Of a stretch of 64,000 nucleotides of DNA, positions 29,544-42,581 are shown one piece after another (the first letter of the stretch is position 1; the number at the start of each line of letters is the position of its first letter). The position numbers and the translations under genes are program-made. The stretch is from Octopus vulgaris (taxonomy: Eukaryota), in NCBI GenBank assembly GCA_951406725.2, contig OX597815.1, forward strand, positions 202,616,001-202,680,000, written 5' to 3'. Under the pieces are notes generated by a model. It had not been told where the DNA came from, made no database searches, and was given only the letters and a program-made list of their open reading frames with translations.

Positions 29544-29920
29544 GGCGCAATGGCCCAGTGGTTAGGGCAGCGGACTCGCGGTCGTAGGATCGTGGTTTCG
29601 ATTCCCAGACCGAGCGTTGTGAGTGTTTATTGAGCGAAAACACCTAAAGCTCCACGATGCTCCGGCAGGGGATGGTGGTGATCCCTGCTGTACTCTTTCA
29701 CCACAACTTTCTCTCACTCTTACTTCCTGTTTCTGTTGTGCCAGTATTTCAAAGGGTCGGCCTTGTCACTCTCTGTGTCACGCTGAATATCCCCGAGAAC
29801 TACGTTAAGGGTGCACGTGTCTGTGGAGTGCTCAGCCACTTACACGTTAATTTCACGAGCAAGCTGTTCCGTTGATCGGATCAACCGGACCCTCGTCGTC
29901 GTAACCGACGGAGTGCTTCC
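29544..29920 (+). mobile_element. Full-length tRNA-SINE with 7 bp TSD
   Basis: A box TGGCCCAGTGG, B box GTTTCGATTCCC; ATGTGGA at 29537-29543 and 29921-29927; near-identical to 41895-42279. Confidence 0.92.
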
Positions 29921-29959
29921 ATGTGGATGCTCGAGAGAAGTCACAGGTATCTCTTAGTA

Positions 29960-30440
29960 TTTTTATCTTCTAAATGCTTCTCTCTGTTCTTACGAATGAT
30001 GTTCCGTAGTATTTGGTATTTGATAGTATTGCTTGTAAGATATAAGGAGGAGGTTCAGATGGCGGTAGTTTCTGTTTATTGTTAGGGAGTCTGTAATTGT
30101 TATAAGTAATTATAATAGGACGAAGTATTTTTGCTGTAGTGTCTGGAGAATGATGGTTGGATGTTATAGTGATATGTCTCATGAGCACAAGCTATGTTTT
30201 AAGGGTTTTATACTTGCACTATAAATAGGCTTCGCTTTCAGGCTTACTGTTTGAAAACCAGTAGTTTGTGTTTGTGGTGATAAATGGTGAGTGGTCCGAG
30301 AAAAGCTGGCAGGATTATTTTTCAAGTGTTTGTAGTAGCTATGTCAGGGAACAGAAGTTGGTGTCTATAAAAGAGCCGTCGTAGTTGACTTGTCGAGATA
30401 AGTGTGTGTGGTTGGCAAGGACGTTTTAAGATGTAAATGG
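29960..30440 (-). pseudogene. Possible decayed Penelope-like RT thumb/linker fragment
   Basis: Weak motifs only: PTTHTYLD, ILRPIIITYN, LPPSEPP. Confidence 0.25.
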
Positions 30441-32539
30441 AGACTAGTTGCAATTATATTTTCAGCAAATCTGTCGTTATCTATACTTTTTATGTTATGC
30501 AATTAATATAACTTCCCTTATTGTTTACGGGTCTGTCTAGTCTAATATAAGTATCATTTTATATGGTGGACATTGAATATTCTATTTTTTTTAATTATTC
30601 CTACATTAATATCACGAAAGATGATAAAATATTTTTATTCCGTAAAGGAGTTCTTTTGGGTTTGTTTGTTTGTTGTTGTTTTTTGACGCCATTAGCGATC
30701 TCTTACAGAATACTTATATTTTTATGAGACGTTTACAGCGTTCATTTTCCTATGTAAAATATTCATTTTAAATGTACTTTGTGTTTGGCTTGGGAGATGA
30801 GTAGACTCTACCGTCTTGCGTTATCTTCGTTGTTACGTTACTATTTCTGCAAAAACCATATAATTTTTCTTGTGTGTGAACGTGTGTGAGTGTGTGCGTG
30901 TGTGTGTGCGCGTGTCTATCTGTCTGAGTGCGTATGTGTTATTTGGTGAAGGTTTTTTCTGGGTGTGTTGAAGACTCTTAAAACTCTTGCGTTTGCAAGA
31001 GTTAAAAGACCGCTTCGTGCACTGTTGTAGCTTCTGCCATTATCTGATGGCGATAGAAGGTTCCGAAATTAATATTTCTCTGCTCTAAGAATTTATCATC
31101 CATCAGGATTTCTATCTATGACCATCAATCTTCATTTCTAATGTACTAATTCAGTAACAGATAATGTTTATATTGAACCATATTGGAAACAGTTAGGCTG
31201 TTTGTTCTCATCCTCCAAGGAAAAAACTGCCTCTCCTGATGTGACTGTTGTGACATCTCAGTTTACAATCAATGTAGGCGAATTCTCAAGTTCATATTTC
31301 CTCAAGACAACCATGAAATTTAAATGAATTTTTACTCCTTACAACTGCGAAATCCTTTCTAGCCAATGCGATTTCTTATGACCCCATATCTGGTAAGGCA
31401 CCAAATGCAACCAACTTTACACGGAACTGGAAAGGAGGAATTCCTTAAATTTCTAAAAACGTTTAAATACAACTATTTCTTTATTGATTGTACTAGTTTA
31501 TTTTCTGCTTCATTTTTGACGGTTTATATTGAGTCTTCAAATTACATTCCAGTAATTGATTTTCTTTTGACTATCAACATATTTGCATCTTTGTGGTAAA
31601 GATGCGCATATTCTTTAAAAATAGTTTTGTTAAAAATTAATCTAGAAATTCTGATGGGTATGATGTGAAGGAAGCCATTAATCCTTTTCTTCGAGTGATC
31701 AGAGTATTTACTGATGCATTGGATACTCCGTTAGTTTGTATAAGGATAGATCGATGGATATCCAGGTTTTTAAGGGATATCCACAAAGCTTATGTTTTTG
31801 AGGTGGAACTCTGCAAGTATTTTTCCTTTCGAGGTTTAAAACTTTAAAAGGAGTATATATGAAATATTTTTATATATTTTAGTTATTAAATTAACCTCAG
31901 AACGATAAGAAAACCCTTCCCTTGTATATAAAGATCTCTGCAAATAAGCGGAAATTTTGGTTAAGTACTTTTGAAATATATAGGGCATTGTATTCATTAG
32001 CTCCCATACTATTGTCAAAGTGTTTAAATTTTTTTCTCTTCTCTCTCTCTCTCTCTACTCCGTATTTTGAAAACAAGGATTTGGATTTCGTTTTTGAAAA
32101 ATACTGCAGATATTTTGATGCTATTGTTTTAGCATAGTGAATTACGTCTGCCAATCTTTTCTGATGCCCCAATGATAATTACATCTTCTATCAAACTGAA
32201 ACCATAACATTCATTTATATTTTATATATCTTTAAACAGTCTATTACAGTAAAAGACGTGTTCCAGTGTGGTAGTGGAAATTGTGGTATAAATTTATAAA
32301 TGATTGACTCTATAACAGAATTATTTGCAGTTCCTCCTGTCTATTTTCAACATTATTATCAATCTGGAAGATGGAGATTGCATGAAATTGGGCTTGGTAT
32401 CACTTCAAAATATATGCATACTTGATGCGGCATTATGCATAAGTTAGATATTTCTGTATTTCACATATTCTGGTCCCCGCCCTTCCAAGCAACGGCGGCT
32501 CCTTCAACACCACCCCGATAGAGTTGACTCTCTCAACTA

Positions 32540-34750
32540 CCCGCTTTTAATTCACCTCTACATTACAAAACTGCCCAGATATTCATAGCGGTAATTAATT
32601 TTTTGGCATTCAGGTTGGATTTCAACATCATCCTCAACCATTTTCGATATGCTTCGCTGACCTTCACTTTCATTTCTCTGTGTAAAATGTCATCCAGCTC
32701 CAAACTCCCTAAATATCTATACCCACTACCGTCAAGTTCACCCATGGTCTCTCCTGGTGGTAACCGCAATCCTCCGCAGTCTGCTTTCTTCTCTCTTTTC
32801 ATATTAAGTCCTGAGCGTTTGGTAATCACAAATTCCATACCAATGTCCTTACCACACTTCTGGACTGTTTTGGTTAAGGAATCTATCTGTTTTTCAGATT
32901 TCCCAAACAATTTCAGGTCATCCATAAACATAAGATGGTTCAATGATGGGCATTTCTTCCCACATCGGTAATCCATCTTAACTTTCCTAAGCGTCATTGT
33001 TATGGGTATTAGTGAAATTACAAAAAGTAACGGAGAAAACGAGTCACCGTAGGGTGATTTCCCTTTTAATATTAACTTCTCCAAGGAATACATTACATGA
33101 GTACAATTTTGTTTTCCACCCTTTCATGCTATGCATCATAATATTTGTGATGTTGTCAGCAACACCATGCATCTGCAGGCATTCAACGATCCAAGAATGT
33201 GGCATCATATCATATACCTTCTTAAAATCAATCCAAATCATAGAGATGTTTGTATGATGTTTTCACGTCGTACTCTGAGAACTCTTCCTATGAATTTTTT
33301 TGTTTCCTTGGTAGTATTTCTTCTTGTGCCAGGAACGTGAATGTCTTTGCTGCACATATTCCAGGGAGTATCTTCCAGATTATGCTTAGGCATGCTATGG
33401 GACGGTAGTTTCCCACAATATTCCTCTCTCTTCTTTTTTTTATTACAAATGTTGCCCTGCCAGTCCCCATTCATGTACCCCATTCAGTCCCCATGTACCT
33501 TTTTGAACACACTATTTCACTTGCGCTGCTGTTCTTTCATACACCGCGTGCCATTTCTTCAGCCAAATGTAATGTATCCTATCTGGTCCGGGAGCTTTCT
33601 AGTTCGGCCCTTTATCCATTTGTTCTTTCACATCACTTGTGCTTATGACAATATTCCTTTGTTTCTTTCCTCCTTGTAATTCTGTCTTGAATGTTCTTAA
33701 CAACATTGCATCCCTTTTATGCATCACATTATTTCCTCATAATCCGCTCCAGAAGTCCTTGGCTTGATTTGCATCAGGAGCAATATTTTCTCCATTGTCT
33801 CCTTCAAACTTTCGGATGAATGGCTTCGGTTATTTTTTCATAATATTTTCTCCTCGAACTGCTTATTTCTTTACACACATCTTCTGATCTTCTGATTTTT
33901 TTTCTCCATGATCCTCTGTTTTAACTGCTCTATTACTGCATCAAACCCGTTCTTCCGCATTATATATTTCTTCTCCAATTTCTCTCGTTCGGTCTTTTTC
34001 CTATTTTCCCATTTTCCTTTAACCATTGCTCAATTTTGCCTACATCTTACCTTGTCCACATCATGTCCCTTTCTGTGCGTCGTTTCTACCATAGTTTTTT
34101 GCTCCACCATTTTTTGATCTCTAAGTTGTGATTTCTTCTTTCCAAGTAGCGCAATAGCTTCGGAAAAGATTCTTTGTTTTTGTTATGTCCTCCGTCCGGA
34201 TGTATGGTATGACAGTATTTATCTTCTGTGATACTTTATTTATCATAATCCTATCTACTCTTCTCATATTCATGGGGAATTTTTTCTTCTGGATAATTCA
34301 CGAAGCCGGTGAGTCGTCCACCCACCACAGCATCAGGATTCACTGTATAACGTTCCTGTTCCACATCCTTAAGAGCTCCATCTCCATTCCCCTGTTCCTA
34401 CTGACTACTCTTCTTTCTGCTTTCAATTCTTACCTCTCTGTTTTCAACTCCGACCATTCTTTGTATCCCATCCGCAGGGTCTCTCAAACTCTCACTAATC
34501 CGAGATATTGCTACTCCAGCTAAGTGACCCTTCCTCCTAACCACTCACACTTGGTTCGTTAGTTTATTTTCTGACATTGAACACATCTTCTTTTCCATCC
34601 AAAATTTCAAGGTACGTCGACCTACTCCGCGATTTCTTTCAACCTTTGCTCTTTCATGATATTCAATAATTGTGTATCATACTCTTCCTTCGTCCACTTA
34701 TGTCTGTTTTTGTGCGCACCGTGTATGTGATCTGTTGTGACATAACGAAC
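32540..34750 (-). pseudogene. Decayed R4/Dong-clade LINE (N-terminal region plus RT)
   Basis: NYRPIACL, WIDFKKVYDMMPHSWI, GDSFSPLLFVISLIP, HLMFMDDLKLF and YRYLG split over frames; 5' end abuts (TAA)n at ~34757-34860. Confidence 0.88.
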
Positions 34751-34783
34751 GTTCGATTATTATTATTATCACTATTGTTGTTG

Positions 34784-34853
<70 letters not shown>

Positions 34854-34867
34854 CATTATTATCATCA

Positions 34868-35313
34868 AGGTGGCAAGGTAGCAGAGTGGTTAGTACTCCA
34901 GGAACAATGCCTAGCAGCATTTCGTCCGTCTTTACGTTCTGCGTTCAAATTCCGTCGAGGTCGACTTTGCCTTTCATCCTTTCGAGGTCAATAGATTAAG
35001 TACCAGTTCAGTGCTGGGGTCGATATGATCGAGTGCCCCTTTCCCACATAATCCAAGCCTTGCGCATTTAGTAGAAAGGATTGATATTATTATTAGGGCG
35101 GCGAATTGGGAGAATCGTTAACACGCCGGACAAAATGCTTAACGGTATTTCGTCCGTCTCTGTGTTCTGAGTTCATATTCCGTCAAGGTTGATTTTTGCC
35201 TTTCATCCTTTTGAGATCTAAAAATTAAGTACCAGTGAAACAGTGGGCTCGAAATAATCAACTAGTCCACTCCCACCAAAAAATCCAGGCCTTGTGCCTT
35301 TAGTAGAAAGGAT
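34868..35313 (+). mobile_element. Two head-to-tail SINEs (GCCTTTCATCC core)
   Basis: Copies at ~34868-35082 and ~35096-35313, each ending TAGTAGAAAGGATT plus (ATT) tail. Confidence 0.85.
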
Positions 35314-35959
35314 TATTATTGTTGTTATTATCGCAAACAATACGTATGTTCTTTTATTTGTGGATTTCTTTTAACTTCTTCGTTCTTTGAAATACAAAAA
35401 TCCCTTCATTACAACAAACACTCACCTCATCGCATTTGTTCTATTGAGAAAACTTTCGATTCAATAAACGTTACATTTCACATTTCAATCTAGACTCATT
35501 AATGAAATTCAATTAATATTTGTTTCCTATTAAATAACAGTTTCATTAACTATTAATTTCCACTCAAGTCCACATTTATTACTTCTAGTTTTCATTTGCT
35601 TACATTTTCCATTAACAATTATTTATAATTATTGCTCACTCTTTAAAATTCTTGATAGCGAATATTTATCACAGTTTTTATGTACGAATTAAAATATTAA
35701 TATAACAGCGGTGCATAGGCACATAAGACTGTTTATTTAAATTAATAGCTTAGTTATTTCAGAAACACGCCTACCGAAATACGGAATCATGTAAGTAAGT
35801 TCTATATTTAGTAATGTTTAAGAGCTCGATGAAATTTCAGATCTTCTACGATTCACACCTGAATATAAAACGTTGTTCTGAGGTAATAGTTTTATTCACA
35901 TATATGCATAGATACATACACATATATATGCATGCATGCAGAGTACTTATAGATATATA

Positions 35960-36239
35960 GGTTTCTAATTCTGACACAAGGTCGGCAACTTCGACAGAGA
36001 GCGTAGGCCGAATACATCGACCCTGGGGTTCAACAGGTACTTATTTTACTGCTCTGAAAGGATGAAAAGCACAGAGGTAATTCCCCGACAGAATTTGAAC
36101 AGAGGATGAAAGAACGCACGAAATGCTACAAAGCATATTGTCCGGCGTTGTCAGTTCGCCGTGTAACATATATGTACGTATGCTTGTACGTACGTTCATA
36201 CGTATGTATGTATGTATGTATGTATGTATGTATGTATGT

Positions 36240-36311
<72 letters not shown>

Positions 36312-36520
36312 TTTCTTTTAGTTGTTTCAGTCAATTGACTACGGTCATGCTGAAGTATCGCCTTGAGGGATTTCAGTCAAGTGAATCTCTAACCCAGGAC
36401 TTTTTTTTAAGCATAGAACTTGATATGTTGGTATCTTTTGCCGAACGGCTATGTTACAGAGATGTAAACACAATAACACCGGTTGTTAAGCAGTGATGGA
36501 GGACAAACACAATCACGCAC
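35960..36520 (-). mobile_element. Two degenerate SINEs separated by (TATG)n/(GATA)n
   Basis: Core-family copy ~35960-36162; microsatellite-SINE 3' half ~36311-36520. Confidence 0.7.
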
Positions 36521-36896
36521 AAATGGATATATATATGTGTGTGTGTGTGTGTGTACATAATTACGATAAAGTCGTCATTTAATGATTTATCAGTGGCCAG
36601 CGTAGTAACTAGACCAAAATGGTTAATTCATATTTAAGTATAATTATAAAATATAATTATAATAAGGGCGTTTTTAGTTTCGTAAACCATGAAATCTTAA
36701 GCTAGAGTGTTGTCCACAATATTTTATAGATCCTTTCTGTCCATTTTCCTTGCATACAACCTTGATGTAATGGAATAGCAACTTAAGTGGTTTGTAGACC
36801 ATTTGGGGTTTATTTCTAGTTATATGCATTTGTCGTTTTCTGCATCCTTATTATAATTTTTTTATAATTATACGTATATGTGTGTGTGTGTGTGTT

Positions 36897-36932
<36 letters not shown>

Positions 36933-36935
<3 letters not shown>

Positions 36936-37136
36936 AATCCAAACAAGAAAGCACAAAAAAACACAACAACGCGAGGACGTGGAACAAATATAATATTATT
37001 AGACGCTCAGGAAAGAAGGAAAGAAGAATGGTTTAACGTTTCGAGCGGAGCTCTTCGTCGGAAACATAGGAGAAGGAAAGATCCAGAGAAGGGAAGACAA
37101 AGGAGAAAAAATCACCAACGGTACACACGAGGTCAC
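36933..37136 (-). mobile_element. ~200 bp (TA)n-flanked Penelope/retrozyme-like element carrying a hammerhead
   Basis: TA tracts on both sides; contains the fold at 37031-37065. Confidence 0.65.
37031..37065 (-). ncRNA. Minimal type I hammerhead, U4C core variant
   Basis: GUUU-CCGACGA-A-GAGC-UCC-GCUC-GAAA-CG-U-U^AAAC; stems I and II pair; palindromic stem III ACGU. Confidence 0.65.
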
Positions 37137-37253
37137 ATATATATATATTTATATATATATACGGTTGTGTCTGAGGAGAATCATTTTCTTTTTGTGGCTT
37201 ATTATTTAACACACTCACCGGTAAAATTTCCACTTATTTCTTATTTTTATTTC

Positions 37254-37292
37254 CCTAAAATTTTCGTTGCGTCTTGCAACCTTTTCAATAGA
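37254..37292 (-). ncRNA. Minimal type I hammerhead, U3-A8 covariant core
   Basis: UCUA-UUGAAAA-G-GUUGC-AAGAC-GCAAC-GAAA-AU-U-U^UAGG; 5 bp stem II, 4 bp stem I, palindromic stem III AAUU. Confidence 0.65.
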
Positions 37293-37618
37293 CTTGACAC
37301 TGTCCGTTATTTACACTGCGTTCCTTTTTGTTTGTTTGTGCGCACGTGTGTTGGTCAGTGTGTGTGTGTCTGTGTGCCTATGCATGCATGCATGTACGTA
37401 TGTATGTGTGCATGTATGTATGCATGTGTATGTATGTATATATGAGTGTGTATGCATATGTATATATCTATGTGTGTGCATCTGTATGTATGTAGCCTGC
37501 ATATTCATGTGCTTGCATATCCGTGTTGGTGTATTTTCTATGTATGTGTGTGTGTGAGCGTGTGTTTGTATATGTATGCACATCTGTCTCCTTGTGTGTG
37601 CATGTCTGTATGTGTGTG

Positions 37619-38100
37619 TTTTGCAACTGTGTACTATGTTTGTATGTATGGATGGATGGATGGATTTGCATCTCTATATGTGTGGATCCGTGTCTCTATA
37701 TGTGTCCTTACAATCTATGTACCTATCCGTCTGTATGTTGATCTGTTTATTTTCATATCCATATGCTTACATACAAAAAAAAATACATGTGCATACATAC
37801 ACTCACACCTACACACACATGTATATAAGCATATGGATATGAAAATAAACAGATCAACATACAGACGGATAGGTACATAGGTTGTAAGAACAGACAAGTA
37901 CACATACGCAAAAGGAGACTGAAACACGTGACCATATATACACACACACTTTACTCTACACAAGTACACATATAGAGAAACGGATCCACACATATAGAGA
38001 TACACATCCATCCATCCATACATGCATACATACATACATACATACATGCATACATACATACATACTTGCATGCATGCAAACACGGTACATAGTTGCAAAA
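37619..38100. repeat. Inverted duplication of low-complexity sequence
   Basis: 37715-37768 is the reverse complement of 37827-37880; outer blocks ~37650-37705 vs ~37966-38018 and ~37619-37642 vs ~38077-38100 also pair. Confidence 0.85.
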
Positions 38101-38137
38101 CTATGTAACATGTTTGTACATAGATGCAGACATTACA

Positions 38138-38193
<56 letters not shown>

Positions 38194-38194
<1 letters not shown>

Positions 38195-38316
38195 CGGGAA
38201 GCTTTATGAAAATAAACAAATGACGAAGGCAGGTGGAGTACAAACAAACAAATGTATTAGTATGGCGCTCAGGAATAGAAATAGAACAAGTCTTTTACGT
38301 TTCGAGCCTACGCTCT

Positions 38317-38320
<4 letters not shown>
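38194..38320 (-). mobile_element. Truncated (TA)n-embedded element with half hammerhead
   Basis: Minus strand CGA-A-GAGC-GUAG-GCUC-GAAA-CG-U-A-AAAG, cut within the core by a (TA)n tract. Confidence 0.65.
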
Positions 38321-38390
<70 letters not shown>

Positions 38391-39452
38391 TCAATGACAT
38401 ACATTACGCTTTTTCTCAAATTTTAAGTCATTATTCGAAGTTTCTAGAAAACATTAAAACTTTGCTTTTATGCAGCTAAATATATCCCTTTTGTTAAAGA
38501 AAGAAATAATATACACATTGCAATATATATTTGGCCTATAATACAGCTAGATATATTGAAACTTTCTCTGATAATTACTTCATGTAATTTAATCAGACAT
38601 TACGTAAATGCACTCTATTATGCAACGTCAATCAATTAGAGAATAAACGTAATTTGTTGAAAGATATATTCGTATTCTTTATCTAATATAAAATGCAAAA
38701 CAATCTGAATATGAGAGAATAAATAAGAACAGAGATATTTCTGTTGGAATTATTATTATTCTTTTTGTTATAAAGGCCATCGAAAATTGAGTGCTTTGCA
38801 TTCCTTTTACAAACTATAGCAATTCATCGAATTATGGAATTGAGTGTTAATTTCCGACCGCCCTTGTCTTAATTTTGTCGCATATCCGAAAGGATTTCTA
38901 TGTATACAAATATTTGTTTCGTTGTTTATTACATATTTATATACTCTTTTGTTACAGTCCTTGCCTTTTCTCCTGATAACTCCTTTTCACTGTTCAGTGT
39001 TGTTTTTCTCTACTGGTCTCTTTCTTTCGTGTTCGTGTTCGCGTTCTTGTTCGTCTTTCAAATCTGATCAGTTATTCCTTGTGGCATATGCTGTTTAAAC
39101 CACCAATTGGAACAATATTATGGGCAGTTGTCGACGTCGGGTGATATTTGACCGATAACTGAAGACTGTTTCACGTCCATTGTGTTTTTCCCCGCTTTGG
39201 TATGTCCTTTTGCAGTGTCATTTCTTTTATGATGTGTGTGTTTGTCTGTGTGTGTGTGTGTATGTATGCATATATATATACATATACCTTCGAAACAGGC
39301 ATGGAGTCGAACCGGCCACAGCTGATGAAGGGGAATGTTCCTTGTGTTGTTTATCTTGTGCTCTGTATTTTCGTTGTTAAAAAAGTCCGTTTCCATGTTT
39401 TTATGTTTTCGTTTCTCGTTGAGTTCTACGTCCATTTGTGGTGTCCTGTACT

Positions 39453-39525
<73 letters not shown>

Positions 39526-40269
39526 ATTTACATGTAGATGTAGGTACGTACATATATGTATGTATGTATGCATATAATTTTTTATTAAATTATTATATAT
39601 ATATATATGCATAAATAACCCACACGCACACTTGCATATATACATGCATTTGTATATACATGTATACACATGTATGTATAAATATATGTGTTTGTGTGTC
39701 TCTATGTGTGTGCGCGCGCGTGTGTGTGTGAGTGTGTGTAAATAACGTGTGATCTGCGTAGTAGTAGTTCCAGGTCTCTGAAGCTACTAAATTTCTTGTG
39801 TATATAACCATTGGCTACTTGTTTCTCTGGAATTAATTAACTTAAGGGTTGAAAATCTCCGGAGAAATAGTTAAATTTTGCCCCGTTTATATATAGTTGA
39901 TCGAAGGAATAGCTTCCAGTCTCTTTTCAACTCACTGCTGGGACACATGAAAATGAATAATCCAGATTTCTTCGATAACGTGATTCATGAAATGAGCTTA
40001 AACTCTGCAAGACGCCCTGATGTTTTTATTTTTAGTGATTCTCGTTAAGAAACGCATGAAGAATGAAGCAAAATCATAACAAATACGTTTCGCCTGAGCT
40101 ACATTATGTCTGAAATTTAGAAGATGGCATAACATTTTCAATTCATGAAGGAGAAACAGGTTGCAAGTTAAAAAAAATACAGGTCTATCTCTCTGATTTC
40201 ATACATCAACAAATTTACGTAATAAATAGTCAGCGGGAAACATTACTTTATGAATGGAATTTTATTCGC

Positions 40270-40573
40270 ATACTGAAAAGCAGCACAGCTTTCAGGAAGG
40301 AACAGATTCACACTCCTACTATCACATTATGACATGGTTTTCAATTAGAAGAACAGTCATTCAAGCATGGTTGTGCCATACATCATGTTTTTTTCCATAA
40401 AGTTGATAGGCGCAGGAGTGGCTGTGTGGTAAGTAGCTTGCTTACCAACCACATGGTTCCGGGTTCAGTCCCGCTGCGTGGCATCTTGGGCAAGTGTATT
40501 CTACTATAGCCCCGGGCCGACCAATGCCTTGTGAGTGGATTTGGTAGACGGAAACTGAAAGAAGCCTGTCGTA

Positions 40574-40640
<67 letters not shown>

Positions 40641-40996
40641 ATATGTTTGTGTGTCTGTGTTTGTCCCCCTAGCATTGCTTGACAACCGATGCTGGTGTGT
40701 TTATGTCCCCGTAACTTAGCAGTTCGGCAAAAAGAGACCGATAGAATAAGTACTGGGCTTAAAAAAGAATAAGTCCCGGGGTCGATCTGCTCGACTAAAG
40801 GCGGTGCTCCAGCATGGCCGCAGTCAAATGACTGAAAAAAGTAAAAGAGTAAAGAATATACTGAAAAGCAGCACGGCTTTCAGGAAGGAACAGCTTCACA
40901 CTCCTACTATCACGTTATGACATGGTTTTCAATTAGAAGAACAGTCATTCAAGCATGGTTGTGCCATACATCATTTTTTTCCCCATAAAGTTGATA
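40270..40996. repeat. 139 bp direct repeats flanking a SINE
   Basis: 40270-40408 matches 40858-40996 (ATACTGAAAAGCAGCAC...AAAGTTGATA) with few differences. Confidence 0.92.
40409..40857 (+). mobile_element. Full-length tRNA-SINE with internal (TA)n tract
   Basis: GGCGCAGGAGTGGCTGTGTGG head, GGTTCAGTCCC B box, GTAAAAGAGTAAAGAAT tail. Confidence 0.93.
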
Positions 40997-41639
40997 ATGC
41001 TTTGATAAATCACGAATTCGTAAACTCGACATTATTGTATAATTCGGTGAGTAGCTGAGTTATTTCGTTAGAAGATAGCAATCATTTATCTTCAGCAAAC
41101 GGTGTATTCTCGTTGATAGAGGCGACAGTAGCCTTGGGCAGGGTCCCGAAAGAAATTAAAATGGGAACATTATTGGTTTTATGACTCTCCCTAGATGCAA
41201 CAAAATTTCATTTTTTTATTGGGTGTCTTGGACAAACACTCCGTCAAACAAAATGCCAATCTCACCAGATATTAGGTGAAAGAAAAGTGTCATAAGCATT
41301 CAAGTAATCTGATCTTGCCACAATCTACAGTGACACCTAGACGCAAGATAAACAGCATTCAGATCAGACAGGCTCAGAACAACACTAGCACAGTAACAAT
41401 CACTGCAGGACTTTGAAATCAGTTCGAATAATGAGGATTCATTCCATGTACACATCAAAATGATAGCAACAATGCACAGGCGATACGTTAGCTGGTTTTA
41501 TAGTTATTCGTATCAAGGGAACAGAAAACTGTTCATTTTGTGGAAGATATATGCTCCTAGACGTCAGATGTATTGCCTCCAATTATAGTTGCTCTGTGCA
41601 ATTGTGGTCGCTTGGGTCCGGGAAAGAGGATTCTGCAAT

Positions 41640-41882
41640 CTCTTGCTCAGCAACCTGTACAGATGGCTTGTTTATAGTGGTCAAATGTTCGCGCTGCTCA
41701 TTAACTCCCTCCCTCCCTGAAATCGACATTACCTGTACATATGCACGATCTGTCAGGTGTCGAAGGGATCAAGCAACGTGTGATGCTGTTGTGCTCAAGA
41801 ACACAATAAACCACACGGAATAGGAATTGAACCCAAGAACTGGCGATTGTGAGTGCAACACCCATACCATTAAACCATGCAT
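41640..41882 (-). mobile_element. Old SINE copy
   Basis: GCAACGTGTGATGCTGTTGTGCTCAAGAACACAA...GGAATTGAACCC. Confidence 0.6.
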
Positions 41883-41894
41883 CGTTACTATGAT

Positions 41895-42279
41895 GCGCAA
41901 TGGCCCAGTGGTTAGAGCAGCGGACTCGCGGTTATAGGATCGCGGTTTCGATTCCCAGACCGGGCGTTGTGAGTGTTTATTGAGCGAAAACACATAAAAA
42001 AGCTCCACGAGGCTCCGGCAGGGGATGGTGGTGATCCCTGCTGTACTCTTTCACCACAACTTTCTCTCACTCTTACTTCCTGTTTCTGTTGTACCTGTAT
42101 TTCAAGGGGCTGGCCTTGTCACTCTCTGTGTCACGCTGAATATCCCCGAGAACTACGTTAAGGGTGCACGTGTCTGTGGAGTGCTCAGCCACTTACACGT
42201 TAATTTCACGAGCAGGCTGTTCCGTTGATTCGGATCAACCGGAACCCTCGTTGTCGTAACCGACGGAGTGCTTCCACTC
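41895..42279 (+). mobile_element. Full-length tRNA-SINE with 8 bp TSD
   Basis: ACTATGAT at 41887-41894 and 42280-42287. Confidence 0.92.
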
Positions 42280-42520
42280 ACTATGATCGCTATATAGGTT
42301 TAAATTAATGACAGAACTTCAGACTATCTAATGCTGTTATACAAAGGGGTTTTCTTTGAAGCAACCAACAAATTTCGGTGGAGGTTGAACAACCTGAAGC
42401 TCTAATTCCCAGAAAAATACAAGGAAATTTTGCAATATGTTATATATGCATATATGTTTATATATACGTGATATATGTATGTATACGCATGTATACACAC
42501 ATAAAAACATGGGGGTGTGT

Positions 42521-42581
<61 letters not shown>

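Noticed and set aside
29544-29615. tRNA-like sequences at SINE heads (also 170-243, 41895, 54615-54688)
   Set aside because: Acceptor stems do not close and they continue into SINE bodies; not tRNA genes
31040-31078. CUGAUGG...GAAAUUAAUA hammerhead-like string
   Set aside because: A9 missing; stems I and II do not pair
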